From contig CM075988.1 of the NCBI GenBank assembly GCA_038087875.1, forward strand, positions 24,368,001-24,432,000: a stretch of DNA of 64,000 nucleotides, read 5' to 3'. A program made the position numbers and the translations under genes. Source of the stretch: Malacoraja senta. Lineage: Eukaryota. Shown here in pieces: positions 61,154-64,000 of the stretch; position 1 is the stretch's first letter, and every line of letters starts with the position of its first letter. The notes beneath the pieces were generated by a model. The model was given only the letters and a program-made list of their open reading frames with translations, searched no databases and was not told where the DNA came from.

Positions 61154-62761
61154 CAGTGGCTTGCAAAAGTATTCATACCCCTTGAACTTTTCCACATTTT
61201 GTCACGTTACAACCACAAACGTAAATGTATTTTATTGGGATTTTATGTGATAGACCAACACAAAGTGGCGCATAATTGTGAAGTGGAAGGAAAATGATAC
61301 ATGGTTTTCAAATTGTTTTACTAATAAAAAACTGAAAAGTGTCTCAGTGCAAAAGTATTCAGCCCCCTTTACTCTGATACCCCTAAATAAAATCCAGTGC
61401 AACCAATTGCCTTCAGAAGTCACCTAATTAGTAAATAGAGTGCACTTGTGTGTAATCTAATCTCAGTATAAATACAGCTGTTCTGTGAAGGCCTCAGAGG
61501 TTTGTTAGAGAACATTAGTGAACAAACAGCATCATGAAGCCCAAGGAACACACCAGACAGGTCAGGGATAAAGTTGTGGAGAAGTTTAAAGCAGGGTTAG
61601 GTTATAAACAAATATCCCAAGCTTTGAACATCTCACGGAGCACTGTTCAATCCATCATCTGAAAATGGAAAAAGTATGGCACAACTTTAACCCTACCAAG
61701 TCATGGCCGTCCACCTAAACTAACAGGCCGGGCAAGGAGAGCATTGATCAGAGAAGCAGCCATGGTAACTCTGGAGGAGCTGCAGAGATCCACAGCTCAG
61801 GTGGGAGAATCTGTCCACAGGACAACTATTAGTCGTGCACTCCACAAATCGGGCCTTTATGGAAGAGTGGCAAGAAGAAAGCCATTGTTGAAAAAAAGCC
61901 ATAAGAAGTCCCGTTTGCAGTTTGCCACAAGCCATGTGGGGGACACAGCAAACATGTGGAGGAAGGTGCTCTGGTCAGATGAGACCAAAATTGAAGTTTT
62001 TGGCCTAAATGCAAAACGCTATGTGTGGCGGAAACCTAACTCTGCACATCACCCTGAACACACCATCCCCACTGTGAAACATGGTGGTGGCAGCATCATG
62101 CTGTGGGGATGCTTTTCTTCAGCAGGTACAGGGAAGCTGGTCAGAGTTGATGGGAAGATGGATGGAGCCAAATACAGGGCAATCTTGGAAGAAAACCTGT
62201 TAGAGTCTGCAAAAGACTTGAGACTGGGACGGAGGTTCACCTTCCAGCAGGACAACGACCCTAAACATACAGCCAGAGCTACAATGGAATGGTTTAGATC
62301 AAAGCATATTCATGTGTTAGAATGGCCCAGTCAAAGTCCAGACCTAAATCCAATTGAGAATCTCTGGCAAGACTTGACAATTGCTGTTCACAGACGCTCT
62401 CCATCCAATCTGACTGAGCTTGAGCTATTTTGCAAAGAAGAATGGGCAAAAATTTCAGTCTCTGGATGTGCAAAGCTGGTAGAGACATACCCCAAAAGAC
62501 TTGCAGCTGTAATTGCAGCGAAAGGTGGTTCTACAAAGTATTGACTCAGGGGGCCTGAATACTTTTGCACGCGACACTTTTCAGTTTTTTATTTGTAAAA
62601 AAATTTGAAATCCATGTATCATTTTCCTTCCACTTCACAATTATGCACCACTTTGTGTTGGTCTATCACATAAAATCCCAATAAAATACATTTACGTTTG
62701 TGGTTGTAACGTGACAAAATGTGGAAAAGTTCAAGGGGTATGAATACTTTGCAAGCCGCTG
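61154..62761 (+). mobile_element. Full-length Tc1/mariner DNA transposon, IR/DR type, Passport-like
   Basis: TIRs of ~213 bp (CAGTGGCTTGCAAAAGTATTCATACCCC...GGGGTATGAATACTTTGCAAGCCGCTG); TA at both flanks (61152-61153, 62762-62763); motif TGCAAAAGTATTCA at the outer and inner ends of the left TIR; 1.6 kb long; contains a transposase frame. Confidence 0.97.
61534..62544 (+). pseudogene. Tc1 DD34E transposase with one premature stop
   Basis: ATG at 61534 (MKPKEHTRQVRDKVVEKFKAGLGYKQIS...) is in frame with track ORF 61744-62544; TGA at 61660-61662 (codon 43); motifs GRPPK, ARRKPLL, WSDETK, FQQDNDPKH, SPDLNPIENLW, with 34 residues between the second D and the E. Confidence 0.95.
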
Positions 62762-62790
62762 TATATATCTATATCTATCTATATACTGTA

Positions 62791-62828
<38 letters not shown>

Positions 62829-62833
62829 TATAG
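62762..62833. repeat. (TA)n / TATC microsatellite
   Basis: Read directly; abuts the Tc1 right end. Confidence 0.95.
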
Positions 62834-63717
62834 ATTGTAATTGATTTTATTAGCTAAGTATGAAAACAAAACAAGTATGTAATCATATGAGCAATTTGAT
62901 TTGCCACAGTCATACCAAAACAGCAACAAAACACGCAACCACATAAAAATTTAACATAAACATCCCCCACAGTGGCCCCTCCACATTCGTCACTGTGATG
63001 GAAGGCAATAGAGTCTTATCTTCTTTCCTCCTTTTTCTCCCCCGGTCGAAGGAGTCGAACCATCCGCAGTCGGGGCGATTGAAGCTCCCGTGAGCAGGGC
63101 GGTTGAAGCTCCTGCGGCTAACCAGGGACCACGAGCTCCACGATGTTAAAGTCCGCAGGCTCCTGCGGTTGGAGCTCCCAAGGTCGATCCCCAGCAAGAG
63201 GCCGCCAGCTCCACGATGTTAGGCCGCAGTGCGGAAGGAGATACGATACGGAAAAAGTCGCATCTCTGTCGAGGAGAGAGATTTTTTTAAAGTTTCCCCC
63301 CACCCCCTCCTCCACCCCCCCCCCCCAATACAAAACTAAAGATATACTAAAACATTTAACTACAGACTAAAATACAACAAAGAGAGAAAGGGATGAAACA
63401 GACTGTTGGCGAGATAGAGATATTGTGATATATATATATAGATATTGTGATATACGGCAGAGGTTCCAGCACAGATTCCTGTGGAATTCCACTGGTCACA
63501 GAACTCCAGCCTAAATATTGTCCTTTCCACCACGATAGTCAGCCTTCATTAAATGAGGGAGGTCTGAATCCATTCGACCATGTCACTTAATCCTGTGCAA
63601 CTTTATGTTCTGGATCAGTGTACCATGGGGGACTTTCTCCATGTAAAAAACATCCACAGCCCTACCCTCATCGGATCAAGTTAGTGAGACACAACCTGAC
63701 GCATACAAAGCCATAGA

Positions 63718-63845
63718 ATCTGAAGAAGGGTCTCGACCCGAAACGTCACCCAAGTCAGAAGAAGGGTCTCGACCCGAAACGTCACCCATTCCTTCTCTCC
63801 AGAGATGCTGCCTGTCCCGCTGAGTTACTCCAGCATTTTGTGTCA
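63718..63845 (+). mobile_element. PLE terminus with tandemly duplicated hammerhead-like motif
   Basis: GAAGAAGGGTCTCGACCCGAAACGTCACCCA occurs twice, 36 nt apart. Confidence 0.8.
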
Positions 63846-64000
63846 GCATTCAAAGCACTAACCCATTCTCATTCAATGGGAGTAAATCCTATCCCAAAGA
63901 ATCCTCTCCAATAGCTTCCCAACCACAGACAGGAGGCTCACCGGCCTATAATTCCCTGGATTCCCTCTACTTCCCTTCTTGCACAATAGTGCAACATTAA

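Overview
Eukaryotic, repeat-dense, apparently intronic or intergenic DNA. The repeat families (HE1-like V-SINEs, HER1/CR1-clade LINEs) suggest a cartilaginous fish, probably a skate or ray; this is an inference. I recognise no host protein-coding gene, rRNA, true tRNA or CRISPR array, and almost every ORF in the track is a repeat fragment or chance ORF. The window is a mosaic of CR1 LINE fragments, tRNA-derived V-SINEs, Penelope-like element (PLE) ends with a hammerhead-ribozyme-like motif, Rex1/Babar, L1 and Vingi fragments, PIF/Harbinger- and hAT-type non-autonomous transposons, and one full-length Passport-like Tc1 (DD34E) element with a single nonsense codon. Best lead: a 143-bp non-coding retroposon (56282-56424, second copy 31689-31818) whose first ~54 nt fold by eye into a compact HDV-like ribozyme and whose 3' tail matches the Vingi LINE fragment at 26777-27219. 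Other leads are PLE palindromes centred on the hammerhead stem II and repeated insertions into one site of the V-SINE. Family assignments come from recognised motifs, not database searches. Boundaries of degenerate repeats are approximate, and some further degenerate copies are not listed individually.
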